A DNA stretch of 64,000 nt from an uncultured Acidobacteriota bacterium (GTDB taxonomy: Bacteria; Acidobacteriota; Thermoanaerobaculia; UBA5066; Gp7-AA6): contig CAVXTP010000022.1 of NCBI GenBank assembly GCA_963764715.1, positions 384,001-448,000 on the forward strand, given 5' to 3'. A model generated the notes under the pieces. That model did no database searches, was not told the DNA's origin, and was given only the letters and a program-made list of their open reading frames with translations. This document shows, piece by piece, positions 9,199 to 18,514 of this stretch. Numbering within the stretch: position 1 is the stretch's first letter; each line of letters opens with the position of its first letter. Made by a program: the position numbers and the translations under genes.

Positions 9199-9996
9199 CT
9201 ACGTCTCGGGCGCCAGGAAGGTCAGCGGGACGAGGCCGAACTTCAGGACGTCGCCGTTGGCGATGGCGACCGGAACGCCCGTCGCGAGGCGGGTGCCGTT
9301 GACGTGCGTTCCGTTCATGACGCCGATCTCTTCCATGACGTAGTAGGTGTCGCCCATCAGATAGAGCTTGGCGTGGCGGCGCGACGTCGAGCGCTGCGGG
9401 TCGAGCGGGGTCAGGTCGACGTCGGGGGTGATGCCGGTGACCGGGTCGCTGCGGCCGATCAGCGTGTCGCCCTCGCGGTTGAGGAAGAACTCCGAGGGCG
9501 GGTCCTCGCCCACGAGGCGGCAGGCGTTGCGCTCCGGGGTGGGCCGCTTCTGGACCGGCCGCTCCTCCTCGGCGACGCGGCGGCCGAGGGATTCCTCGAG
9601 CATGGCCGTGACCTCGCGCAGCCGGCGCGAGAGCTTGCGCATCATCCGGATCGCGATCTCGGTGTTCGACTTGAGCATCGCGTCGAACGTCGCGCCGTTG
9701 ATCCGGACGAGCTCGACGTCCGTCTTGGCGCGCGCCGAGGCGGTCCGCGGAACGTCCTCGAGGACGCTCATCTCGCCGAAGAAGTCGCCCTTCTCGAGGG
9801 TCGAGAGCACCCGGGTCTCTCCCCCGATCGTCTTGAGCAGCTCCACCGTCCCGGACTGGACGATGTACATCTCGGTGCCGATGTCGCCCTCGGAGAAGAT
9901 GATGTCGCCCATGGCGTGCGCCACGAGGAACTTCTCGTACGGGTTCTTCCCCGCTCCGCCCGGCCCGGACTTGAAGACCGCCTTCACGGAGGGCAT
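9199..9996 (-). CDS. Cyclic-nucleotide-binding domain + FHA domain protein
   Basis: cNMP domain GDIIFSEGD...GDFFGEMSVLEDVPRTASARA; FHA domain IGRSD...TSRRHA...NGTHVNG. Confidence 0.88.
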   Translation of the reverse strand: MPSVKAVFKSGPGGAGKNPYEKFLVAHAMGDIIFSEGDIGTEMYIVQSGTVELLKTIGGETRVLSTLEKGDFFGEMSVLEDVPRTASARAKTDVELVRINGATFDAMLKSNTEIAIRMMRKLSRRLREVTAMLEESLGRRVAEEERPVQKRPTPERNACRLVGEDPPSEFFLNREGDTLIGRSDPVTGITPDVDLTPLDPQRSTSRRHAKLYLMGDTYYVMEEIGVMNGTHVNGTRLATGVPVAIANGDVLKFGLVPLTFLAPET

Positions 9997-10003
9997 CCGT
10001 TCC

Positions 10004-10915
10004 TCAGACCGCTCCGGGGCCCAGGAACTCGAGGACCCGCCGGTCGGCGTCGACGCGGACCGCGACTCCCAGCGGAAGCGTGCGCGAGCGGCGCAGGTGT
10101 CCCGCCGGGAAGCCCCGGACGACCGGGAACGGCGCCCCGGCGAAGCGGTCCGCGACCCAGGCGTCGACGGCGACGGTGGCCTTTCCGCCGCGCCGGCCGG
10201 GCGAAATCGAGCCGATGACCATGGCTTTTAGTCGATCGAGGGTACCCGACCGCTCCAGCTGGGTCAACATGCGGTCCAGCCGGTAGGCCGGTTCCCGCAC
10301 GTCCTCCCAGAAGAAGACGGCGTCCCGCGCGTCGACGGCCTCGGGCGTGCCCGCGAGCGAGGCCACGAGCGACAGGCAGCCCCCGACGAGGGGGCCCTCG
10401 CCGGCGCCGCCCGCGAGCACGTCGCTCTCGCGGAAAGCGTGGGGATCCGGCCGCGCGCCGGCGAGCACGGATTCCCAGTCGAGTCCCGGTTCCGTGGCCA
10501 TCGCGACCGCGGGCATCGGGCCGTAGAACGCCGCGAGGCCGCTCGCCGCCCGGAGGTACGCGAAGAGGGCGGTCAGGTCGGACCCGCCGAGGTGGATGAG
10601 CGGGCGCGCGGCGATCTGTCCGGGCGAGAGATGACCGAGGATCCGCCCGGCCCCGTAGCCGCCGCGAGCGAAGAAGATCGCATCGACCCGGGGGTCGTCG
10701 AGGAGGGCGCGATAGCCCTCGGCGCGCTCCCGGTCGGAACCGGCGAGAAACCCCGCGCGCGCGAGGACGTTCGAGGCGAGGACGACGCGGTATCCGCGCT
10801 GCTCCAGAAATACGACGCCGGCCGCGAGCCGATCCGGATCCACGGGACCCGAGACCGCGGCGATCCCGATCGTGGCGCCGGCTTGGAGGCGCGGAGGGCG
10901 GACGAGGTCACGCAT
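10004..10915 (-). CDS. LD-carboxypeptidase (peptidase S66)
   Basis: RGGYGA, GSDLT, FYGPM, GGCLS, FWED, GH motifs. Confidence 0.9.
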   Translation of the reverse strand: MRDLVRPPRLQAGATIGIAAVSGPVDPDRLAAGVVFLEQRGYRVVLASNVLARAGFLAGSDRERAEGYRALLDDPRVDAIFFARGGYGAGRILGHLSPGQIAARPLIHLGGSDLTALFAYLRAASGLAAFYGPMPAVAMATEPGLDWESVLAGARPDPHAFRESDVLAGGAGEGPLVGGCLSLVASLAGTPEAVDARDAVFFWEDVREPAYRLDRMLTQLERSGTLDRLKAMVIGSISPGRRGGKATVAVDAWVADRFAGAPFPVVRGFPAGHLRRSRTLPLGVAVRVDADRRVLEFLGPGAV

Positions 10916-10981
10916 CGAGCCATGCCGGCGCAGCCGGGCCGCCGGAACGAACTCTCCTGGCGGACGGTCGCGCAGCCAAAA

Positions 10982-11370
10982 GCCCCGAGCGGGCCGATAA
11001 GCCGAATCCTGTGCTCCGGTTGCCCGGAGTCGCGATCATTCCTCTGGGCCCGAGGTCGCCCTCGGGCTCGAGCAGCCGACCCGGGAACAGCTCACGTGAA
11101 GTGAGGCGGGACGGGCGCCCGCTGTCCCCCTATTTGGCCTTGCTCCGCATGGGGTTTACCGTGCCCCCCCCGTTGCCGGAGGGGCGGTGCGCTCTTACCG
11201 CACCGTTTCACCCTTGCCGTCCTTTCGGAAGGCGGTTTGTTTTCTGTGGCACTTTCCTTCGCGTCGCCGCGACCGGGTGTTACCCGGCATGCTGCCCGTG
11301 TGGAGTTCGGACTTTCCTCTCCGGCTCTTCAAAGCGAAGTCCGGAGCGATCGCGTGGCCCGCTCGGAGCC
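10982..11370 (-). ncRNA. rnpB: RNase P RNA
   Basis: Minus strand carries GAGGAAAGTCCGAACTCC, GAAAGTGCCACAGAAAAC, GGGTGAAACGGTGCGGTAAGAGCGCACC, GGTAAACCCC and the 3' ACAGGATTCGGCTTATCGG; terminal P1 helix; TGGTAAAGT -10 upstream. Confidence 0.96.
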
Positions 11371-11457
11371 GCACAGACTTTACCATGAGGGTCCGGGCCC
11401 TGACACGGCGGCGAAGAAACGCTCGCACCCGATCCGCGCCCGGAACAAGCCGTCGGC

Positions 11458-11910
11458 CTACTCCCGGTGGCGGTTGCGCTCGTCGCCGAAGTATTCGAGC
11501 CAGGCGTCGACGTCCACGGCTTCGGGCGGGGACCCGCCCGGGGCCGCGCGCCGTCCGAAGCGGGCGAAAAAGTCCTCCGGCCGGCAGACGCGCCCGCCGG
11601 CGTCCCGGACCCGCCGCGCGAGGCCTCGATCGGACGTCACGACGATGGCCTCTCCGGGCGCCCGCAGCGATGCGACCTCCGCGACGATGGCGTCGTCCGC
11701 GCTCGTCCCGGACGGCCGCCGGATCGTGAGACTCCCGAGGCTCGAGCCCCGCTCGCCGGCCGGCCCGTCGAAGAACAGGATCGCCCGCGCGCGGGTCGAC
11801 CGGAGCCGCTCGGCGAGCTCGGCGACGAGGGCCTGCCGGTCCTCCTCCGTCGGGCGGGCGACCCGCCGGACGAGCCCGATCAGGTTGTTGCCGTCGAGGA
11901 GGTACGGCAC
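11458..11910 (-). CDS. NYN-domain (YacP/Rae1-like) protein
   Basis: YLLDGNNL, LFFDG, SADDAI, VVTSDRGL acidic motifs. Confidence 0.85.
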   Translation of the reverse strand: MPYLLDGNNLIGLVRRVARPTEEDRQALVAELAERLRSTRARAILFFDGPAGERGSSLGSLTIRRPSGTSADDAIVAEVASLRAPGEAIVVTSDRGLARRVRDAGGRVCRPEDFFARFGRRAAPGGSPPEAVDVDAWLEYFGDERNRHRE

Positions 11911-11911
11911 G

Positions 11912-12508
11912 TCAGGCCGACCGGGCGCGGCGAGGGTGCTTCAGGCGGAAGAAGAGCACGCCGAGCCCGCGCATGACCCGCCGGCGGTCCGCGATCATCA
12001 GCACGGCGAGGGCTCCGAGGAAGATCGCGGTGAACCACGGGACGAAGAACACCAGGGCGCCGAGGGCCACGGCGAACGCGTCTTCGGCGAGCGAGAGCGC
12101 CACCTGCGCGATGCCGCGGGTCGCGGCCGTCGAGGTCAGCCGCGTCGTCGACTTGGCGAAGTGGGTGGCGAGCGTCACGAGCGCGCCCGCGAGGGCGAGC
12201 CCGGTCCGGGAAGCCGGGGACGTATCCGGCACCGCCGCGAGCATCACCAGGGCGCCGACGATCGGCCGCAGGAGCGTCTGGAGCAGGTTCCAGAGGTGAT
12301 CGACGATCGGGATCTTGTCGGCGACGAACTCGGCGAGGAAGAGGATCACGCTCGCCGTCAGGACGCCGTGGCTCGAGAGAAAAGCCGCGGTCGGCCCGGG
12401 AAACTCCTGGGGCAAGATCAGGGCGAGGCCGTTGAACAGCAGCAGGACCGCCCAGGCGTTGAGGCCCGCCGCGGCCGAGAGCCCCAGGCCCGTCAGGATC
12501 GCGGTCAA
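11912..12508 (-). CDS. DUF4126 family membrane protein
   Basis: GLSAAAGLNAW, EFVADKIPIVDHLWN, SLAED; TTG start overlaps the upstream TGA. Confidence 0.85.
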   Translation of the reverse strand: MTAILTGLGLSAAAGLNAWAVLLLFNGLALILPQEFPGPTAAFLSSHGVLTASVILFLAEFVADKIPIVDHLWNLLQTLLRPIVGALVMLAAVPDTSPASRTGLALAGALVTLATHFAKSTTRLTSTAATRGIAQVALSLAEDAFAVALGALVFFVPWFTAIFLGALAVLMIADRRRVMRGLGVLFFRLKHPRRARSA

Positions 12509-14127
12509 CCGCGTCGAAACAGGCGGGAGAGGAGCCCGGAGGCCTGAGGGCGCTCTTCGTCCTCGGCCGGTGCCTCGGGCGGCTTCTCGCCTTCCGGAGT
12601 TTCCGGGGCCGACGGAGGAGGAGCCGCGGCGACGGCTTCGAGGACCCTCCGGAGCAGCTCTTCGCTCTCCGGCGAGGGGTCGAGCGAGACCGCGCGCCGC
12701 GCGAAGGGCTCCGCCTCCGCGGGGCGTTTGTGCTCGAGGAGCGTGCGGGCGGCCTCGAGCGACAGGCCGACGCGGCGGCCGTCGAGGCGGGCCGCCTCCT
12801 TGAGGTTGGCGAGGCCCTGGTCGATCCAGTTGGGGTTCTTCAGCTCGACCTGCGAAAGGACGTATCGAAACTCGGAGTTGTCGGGCACGAACCGCACCGC
12901 TTCCCGAAGCATCTCGACCGCGGGATGGTAGTCCCGCTCCTCGATGAGCTGACGCGCCCGCCGGAAGTTCTGCGTCGCGAGCTTCTTGCGGGCCTCCGGG
13001 TCCGCGGTCGGAGCGTCGGCCATCAGAAGCGACTGCGGGGCGGCGTCCAGGCTCTGGTCGTAGAGGGCCCGCTTCTCGGGATCGGAGAGGATGTCGTAAG
13101 CGATCTTCATCCGCTCGAACACTGCGTTGAGCTCGCGCTCGAACTTGCCGAGGTCCTCCCGGTGCCGCAGGTCCGGGTGGAAGAGGCGGCTGCGCTCGAA
13201 GTAGGCCTCCGCGACCCGCTCGGGCGGCGCGTCGCGCGGGATTCCGAGCAGCTCGTAGTGGGTCAGCCAGTCGATCCGGCGGTACGTGTTCTTGACGAGC
13301 TCGGCATGGCCCGGCGATCGTTCCGACGGCTGAGCGGACACTTCCACGTTCAGCCCGTGGAAGCCGCCGCGGCCGCTCGCGGGGCGCTCCGCGCCTTCCC
13401 GTTTCCACTCGACGATGCCGCACGAGACGAGACCGTAGAGGATCTTGGCGGTCGCGGCCCGCGACGCGCCGGCGATCTTCAGGAGCGAATCGACGTCGAG
13501 GATCCCGTCGACGCGGGAGAGGAGATAGGCCTCCTGGGGCGTCAGCGGGAGGTACTGGTAACGCGACATCGGATCGGTCGCGAGGATGGGGACGCGGTGC
13601 CCCTCGCCCAGACGTTCCCGGAAGGCGTCGCTCTCGGGCAGGCGCCGGATTCCCTCAACGATGACGGCGGCCGTCGAAAGCGACAGGGCGACGTCGGGAT
13701 CGAGCACGCCGGAGGACGCCTGGAACTTGTACTCCCCCGTGTCCCAGGCGAAGGTCGAGAAGACGATCTCCTCGACGAGGCGGCGCATCTCGGCGTCGAG
13801 GACGGTCCGCGACACGAGGCCGCGGTCGACCAGGATCTTGCCGAGCCGGGCCCGGCCCTGCTTGGCGACGGTTTCGAGCGCCCAGTTGAGGTCGGTGTCG
13901 GTGATGCATCCCCGGCGCTTGAGGAAGGCCCCGATGCGCTGGCCCTCCCGGGAGGACGTCGCGGTCCGCAGCTCCCCCTTCTCGAAGAACAGGTGCCGGA
14001 TCTCGTCGCCCCGGTTGAGGGTGAGGGTCCCCTTCAATCCCTCCAGGAAGATCCGCCGCAGGACCTGCGGCAGCGGCGTCTCGGAGAGGGATCCGCGAAA
14101 CCCGGCTGGTGCCGCCTGTGTGCTCAT
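12505..14127 (-). CDS. DUF4388 + DnaJ J-domain + TPR protein
   Basis: FRGSLSETPLPQVL (DUF4388), RIG/RLG motifs, J-domain HYELLGI...FHPD...AYDILSDPEKRALYD, C-terminal TPR-like helices. Confidence 0.85.
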   Translation of the reverse strand: MSTQAAPAGFRGSLSETPLPQVLRRIFLEGLKGTLTLNRGDEIRHLFFEKGELRTATSSREGQRIGAFLKRRGCITDTDLNWALETVAKQGRARLGKILVDRGLVSRTVLDAEMRRLVEEIVFSTFAWDTGEYKFQASSGVLDPDVALSLSTAAVIVEGIRRLPESDAFRERLGEGHRVPILATDPMSRYQYLPLTPQEAYLLSRVDGILDVDSLLKIAGASRAATAKILYGLVSCGIVEWKREGAERPASGRGGFHGLNVEVSAQPSERSPGHAELVKNTYRRIDWLTHYELLGIPRDAPPERVAEAYFERSRLFHPDLRHREDLGKFERELNAVFERMKIAYDILSDPEKRALYDQSLDAAPQSLLMADAPTADPEARKKLATQNFRRARQLIEERDYHPAVEMLREAVRFVPDNSEFRYVLSQVELKNPNWIDQGLANLKEAARLDGRRVGLSLEAARTLLEHKRPAEAEPFARRAVSLDPSPESEELLRRVLEAVAAAPPPSAPETPEGEKPPEAPAEDEERPQASGLLSRLFRRG

Positions 14128-14169
14128 TCGTCGATGGGGGGGCGGTTTAGGGTAGCAGAAACCGCGCCG

Positions 14170-16035
14170 TCAGCGTATGGCGACGACCATGGGATGGTTG
14201 CGGGCCGTCGAAAAGAAGCCCGGGACCGACTCGAGCGCCTGCGCCGCCGCCTCCTGCGTGCCGTAGCGCCCCCAGAGAACCTTGAAGCAGGTCCGCCCCT
14301 TGAAGGACGTCGTCAGGGTCCACATCGAGCCGGCCGGCCGGTCGTGTGCCCAGGCCTCCCGGAGAGACTCGACTTCGCACGCCAGCTCGAGCTGGATCGC
14401 GAAGCGCGCGTTCCGGTCGGCGGCGGCGGTCTTCTGGTCCCGGGCGGCCCGGTCGAGCCACTGTTTGCGGGTGCGAGGAACGGCCGCCGAAGTCGAGGCC
14501 CGGGGGGGCGCCGCGGCGGCGGCCCTGGGCTGCGCCGGCTTCGTCGGGGCGGGGCTCGGCGCCCGCCTGGTCGGAACCGCGGTCGGCGCCGGCCTCGTCG
14601 GGGCGGCGGTGGGTGCGCGATCCGTCGGCACGGCCGTCGGAGGAGCGGGTGTCGAGACGGCCGTGGCTCCCGTGGCGGGAGCTTCCATCGCCGGCGTTCC
14701 GGCCACCGCCCCGCCGATCGTCGTCTCGACGAGGGTCGGGCTCGGCGAGAGCGCGGCGGCGAGCGGTTCCGCCGGTGCCGCGGGGCCGCGCGCGCGCCAG
14801 TAGAGGACTCCTCCCACGATCGCGACGAGAAGCACGAGCACCCAGAGGAGCGGAGAGGTCGAGCGGTGCTCCGGGCGCTCGAAGGAGCCGACCCCCGTCG
14901 TGACGTCGAGCGGCCGGTCGAATGCCGAGGAGCCGCGCGGGCCGGGCGCGTCGGGCTCCATCAGGTCGCCCGGGATTCCGGGCCCGCCGTCGAGGTCGGT
15001 CGCGAGGCGCTCCGACCGCTCATCGAAGTCGTCGGTCGGGGCCTCGTCCCCGATCGGGGCGTCGACGAGCTCCTCCTCCCGTTCGACCTCCGGCTCCGCC
15101 GGACGTTCATCGAGGGCCGGCCACTCTTCGGCCGGCAAGGCCGGCTCTTCGGCCGGAGGCGGCTCCTCGATCTCGGGCGGGGCCTTCTCTTCGATGTCGA
15201 CTTCGGGCTCGAGCTCCTCGTCGTCCGGCTCCGCGGGGGCGGCTTCCGGAGCGGGCTCCTCCTCGAGCGGCGCGGGCGGCACGGGTGTCGGAGCCGGCGT
15301 CTCCCTCGCCGCCGAGTCGGACTCCCCGGCGGTGTACGCGGGGTGAACGAGGCCCAGGGTGACGAGCGCGGCCAGGAGCTTCTCGACGGCGAAGGTGTCG
15401 GCCGGCGCCTCGCTCGCGATCTCGGCGGCGGTCGAGTCGCCGTCGATGAGGCGGACCACGGACTCGGCATCGTCGGTGAGCCCGAAGGTCGAGAACTCGG
15501 CGTCGAACCGCGAATCCCGGACGAGGGGGACGTCGACGCCGCCGAGGTGGTGCAGCACGAGGCCCCGGTCCCGCGAGCGCAGGAACAGCTCGAGCACGAG
15601 GCGCGGAATGGTCAACCGGAACTCGCCGGCCTCGCGGGCGGCCGAGCGGAAGAAGGAGTAGTCGCCCTCGATCCACGTCAGCAGGTCGGAGAGGACCTCG
15701 ACGGCCCGGATCTTCTCGCCCCAGCGCCACTCGCGCCGCGTCAGGACTCCCGCCTGGAGCGCCGCCATCGCCCGGTCCATGCCTTCGGACGCCGAGAGCC
15801 GTTCGAGCGTCGCCGCCTCGAGCTTGCCCGCCCGCACCAGGATCGCCGCCGTGTCGAACCGGGGGTCCGACGACGAGGCGCCGACGATCTCTCCGGCGGC
15901 GAGCTCGAAGCCGGCGGTCGCTCCGGAGCGCTGGAACTGGAGCGAGCCGCTCGCGGCCTCGCGCCAGAGCGCCACGAGGGACGCGAGGATGTCCGTCCCG
16001 CGGATCTCGCCCTGCGCCTCGAACGTCGTTCTCAT
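14170..16035 (-). CDS. DUF4388-like domain, acidic linker, TM helix, Pro/Thr linker and C-terminal SPOR-like domain
   Basis: ATG 16035 overlaps the uvrC stop; TM LLWVLVLLVAIVGGVLYW; C-terminal FAIQL...KVLWGRYGTQEAAAQALESVP resembles SPOR/DamX. Confidence 0.7.
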   Translation of the reverse strand: MRTTFEAQGEIRGTDILASLVALWREAASGSLQFQRSGATAGFELAAGEIVGASSSDPRFDTAAILVRAGKLEAATLERLSASEGMDRAMAALQAGVLTRREWRWGEKIRAVEVLSDLLTWIEGDYSFFRSAAREAGEFRLTIPRLVLELFLRSRDRGLVLHHLGGVDVPLVRDSRFDAEFSTFGLTDDAESVVRLIDGDSTAAEIASEAPADTFAVEKLLAALVTLGLVHPAYTAGESDSAARETPAPTPVPPAPLEEEPAPEAAPAEPDDEELEPEVDIEEKAPPEIEEPPPAEEPALPAEEWPALDERPAEPEVEREEELVDAPIGDEAPTDDFDERSERLATDLDGGPGIPGDLMEPDAPGPRGSSAFDRPLDVTTGVGSFERPEHRSTSPLLWVLVLLVAIVGGVLYWRARGPAAPAEPLAAALSPSPTLVETTIGGAVAGTPAMEAPATGATAVSTPAPPTAVPTDRAPTAAPTRPAPTAVPTRRAPSPAPTKPAQPRAAAAAPPRASTSAAVPRTRKQWLDRAARDQKTAAADRNARFAIQLELACEVESLREAWAHDRPAGSMWTLTTSFKGRTCFKVLWGRYGTQEAAAQALESVPGFFSTARNHPMVVAIR

Positions 16036-17834
16036 GCGGACGGCCCGTCCGCGAGGTACGCCGCCACCGCGCGCGCCGTGGCCGGACCGACTGCGGCCTC
16101 GATCTCGTGGGGGTCGGCCCCGCGCAAGCCCTTGACGGAGCCGAAGCGCCGCAGCAGCAGCCGCGCTCGGGCCGGGCCGACGCCCGGGATCTCGGTCAGG
16201 CCCGTCTCCCGCATGTGCTTGCCCCGCCGCTGCCGGTGACGCGATATGGCGAAGCGGTGCGCCTCGTCGCGGGCGCGCTGGATGAGCTGGAGGGCGGGGT
16301 CCTTGCGCGACAGCCGGACCGGATCGGGCCGCCCCGGCAGCCAGATCTCCTCCTCCCGCTTGGCGAGGCCGGCGATCGGAAGCTCGACTCCGACGCGGTC
16401 GAGGGCCGTCAGCGCGGCCTGGAGCTGGCCGCGGCCGCCGTCCACGAGGACGAGGTCCGGCCACGGGCCGTCCTCGGCCTGGACGCGCCGGTACCGCCGG
16501 TCCACCACCTCGGCCATGCTGCGGAAGTCGTCGGGCTCGAGGAGATTCTGGGACGCGATGTTGAAAAGACGGTAGTCCGACTTCTTCGGCTTCCCGTCCT
16601 CGAAGACGACGAGCGAGGCGACGCTGTCGGTGCCCTGCGTGTGAGAGATGTCGAAGGCCTCGATGCGATGCGGGGGCAGGGCCAGACCCACCGCGCGGCC
16701 CAGCCGCTCGGCCGCGACGGCCTCGTCGCCGCCGACCCGGCGGAACCGCACGCGGTGGCGCTCGCGGGCGTTGACCTCGGCGAGCTTGAGCCGGTCGGCC
16801 GCCGCGCCCCGCTGCGGGACGCGCACGGCGACCTTCGCGCCGCGGCGCTCCGCCACGAAGTCCTCCAGCAGCCGGGCGCCGGCGATCTCGACGGGCAGGT
16901 GGACCTCGGACGGCAGGAACGGGTTGACGTCGTAGAACTGAGGCAGGAAGGCCTCGAGGAAGGCGGTCGGCTCGAGCTCCTGCGACTTCTCGAAGAAGAA
17001 GTCGCGGCGGTCCTGGAGGACGCCGCCGCGCACGACGAGAACGACGACCGCGACGTCCTGGCCCGACTCGAACAAGCCGAAAACGTCGACGTTCTCCCCC
17101 CGGAGCGACTGGACGACCTGGCGCTCGGCCACGTCGCGCACCGTTCGGAGAGAGTCGCGGTAGGCCGCCGCCATCTCGAAGTTCTCCTCCTCGGAGGCTG
17201 CCTGCATCTTCCGGGTCAGCCGGGCCTCGAGCTCCTCGTTGCGCCCCTGCAGGAAGAGGACGACGTCGGCGACCGCGTCGGCGTACGCCTCGCGGGTCGT
17301 CAGTCCGGCGACGCACGGGCCGAGGCAGGCGTGGAGGTCGTAGTAGAGGCAGGGCCGGGGCAGCTTGCCGTCGATCTCGAGCGTGCAGGTCCGGATCTGG
17401 AAGTGCCGCGTGATCATGCGCATGATCCGGCGCGCCAGGCCCCCCCAGAACGGGCCGAAATAGGAGTGCCCGTCGTCCTGGACCCGGCGGGTGACGAGCG
17501 CCCTCGGCCAGTCCTCCCCCGTCGTGATCTTGATGTAGGGATAGGTCTTGTCGTCCCGAAGGCACACGTTGTACCGGGGCCGGTGCTTCTTGATGAGGGT
17601 GTTCTCGAGAAGCAGGGCCTCCAGCTCGGTGCGCGTGACGATCGTTTCGATCTCGCGGAAGGACCGGAGCAGCGCCTCGGTCTTGGCCCCCTCGGCGCCC
17701 GCCCCGAAGTACGAGGCGATCCGCTTCTTGAGGGACCGGGCCTTTCCGACGTAGAGGAGCTTTCCCTTGTCCCCGCGGAAGAGGTAAACGCCGGGGGAAT
17801 CGGGCAGATTCTCCGGCGCGCGGGCGTCGACCAC
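16032..17834 (-). CDS. uvrC: Excinuclease ABC subunit C
   Basis: GIY-YIG PGVYLF...YVGKA, IEAFDISH, DGGRGQL, RDEAHRFA, C-terminal HhH. Confidence 0.97.
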   Translation of the reverse strand: MVDARAPENLPDSPGVYLFRGDKGKLLYVGKARSLKKRIASYFGAGAEGAKTEALLRSFREIETIVTRTELEALLLENTLIKKHRPRYNVCLRDDKTYPYIKITTGEDWPRALVTRRVQDDGHSYFGPFWGGLARRIMRMITRHFQIRTCTLEIDGKLPRPCLYYDLHACLGPCVAGLTTREAYADAVADVVLFLQGRNEELEARLTRKMQAASEEENFEMAAAYRDSLRTVRDVAERQVVQSLRGENVDVFGLFESGQDVAVVVLVVRGGVLQDRRDFFFEKSQELEPTAFLEAFLPQFYDVNPFLPSEVHLPVEIAGARLLEDFVAERRGAKVAVRVPQRGAAADRLKLAEVNARERHRVRFRRVGGDEAVAAERLGRAVGLALPPHRIEAFDISHTQGTDSVASLVVFEDGKPKKSDYRLFNIASQNLLEPDDFRSMAEVVDRRYRRVQAEDGPWPDLVLVDGGRGQLQAALTALDRVGVELPIAGLAKREEEIWLPGRPDPVRLSRKDPALQLIQRARDEAHRFAISRHRQRRGKHMRETGLTEIPGVGPARARLLLRRFGSVKGLRGADPHEIEAAVGPATARAVAAYLADGPSA

Positions 17835-17892
17835 CTCGTCAGTTTAACGCGGATGGCAAGGCCGGCGGGCGCCGGTTCGGTATGATGCGTGC

Positions 17893-18108
17893 ATGCCGAT
17901 GTACGAGTGCCCGTATTGCTACACCCCGGTCGAGCCGGGCACGCCCGTCTGCCCCAACTGCGGGCGCGAGCTCGAGCGGTGGCAGACCGGGTTCTACACT
18001 CGGCAACGACCCCTCGCCGCGAAGTCCCGGACGGCCGTCTGGGCCGCCGCGGCCGCGGCGCTCCTCCTCGTCCTGGCCGGCTTCGCGCGCGCTTGTCACT
18101 GGCTATGA
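17893..18108 (+). CDS. Small zinc-ribbon membrane protein
   Basis: CPYC...CPNCG plus a C-terminal hydrophobic helix; TATGAT 6 nt before the ATG. Confidence 0.7.
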   Translation: MPMYECPYCYTPVEPGTPVCPNCGRELERWQTGFYTRQRPLAAKSRTAVWAAAAAALLLVLAGFARACHWL

Positions 18109-18497
18109 CCCGTTCCGGCGTCGCGGTGGTCGCGGCGGCGGTGTTCCTCGCGACCGCGTCCGCGCGGGCGCAGCTCGTGCCCATCACGCGCTGCAACGGC
18201 GCGATCCCGTGCAACATCCCGATGGGTCTGCGCCCCGCCGACGCCGCCGCCTGGACGCCGGGGAACAACCTGGGCCAGGGCAACACCGGGATCTCGGTCA
18301 GCTCGGGCCTCGAGAACGGGTTCAAGCCCAAGATCGACCGTCCGCCGATCTCGGAGGACCCGGTCGAGACCGCGGCGAGGATGTACGTGCGCCGCTACCC
18401 GGTGGGGGGCACCCCCCGTCCGACGGGGATTCCGACGCCGAAGGCGGCGGCTGCGGCGGCGCCCGCTCCGAAGCCCACTCCCGCGCCGGCCCCGTAG
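18105..18497 (+). CDS. Small exported hypothetical protein
   Basis: ATGA overlap with the previous gene; signal peptide ending ARA; CNGAIPC; Pro/Ala tail. Confidence 0.65.
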   Translation: MTRSGVAVVAAAVFLATASARAQLVPITRCNGAIPCNIPMGLRPADAAAWTPGNNLGQGNTGISVSSGLENGFKPKIDRPPISEDPVETAARMYVRRYPVGGTPRPTGIPTPKAAAAAAPAPKPTPAPAP

Positions 18498-18514
18498 CCG
18501 GCGCCCCCGCCTCT

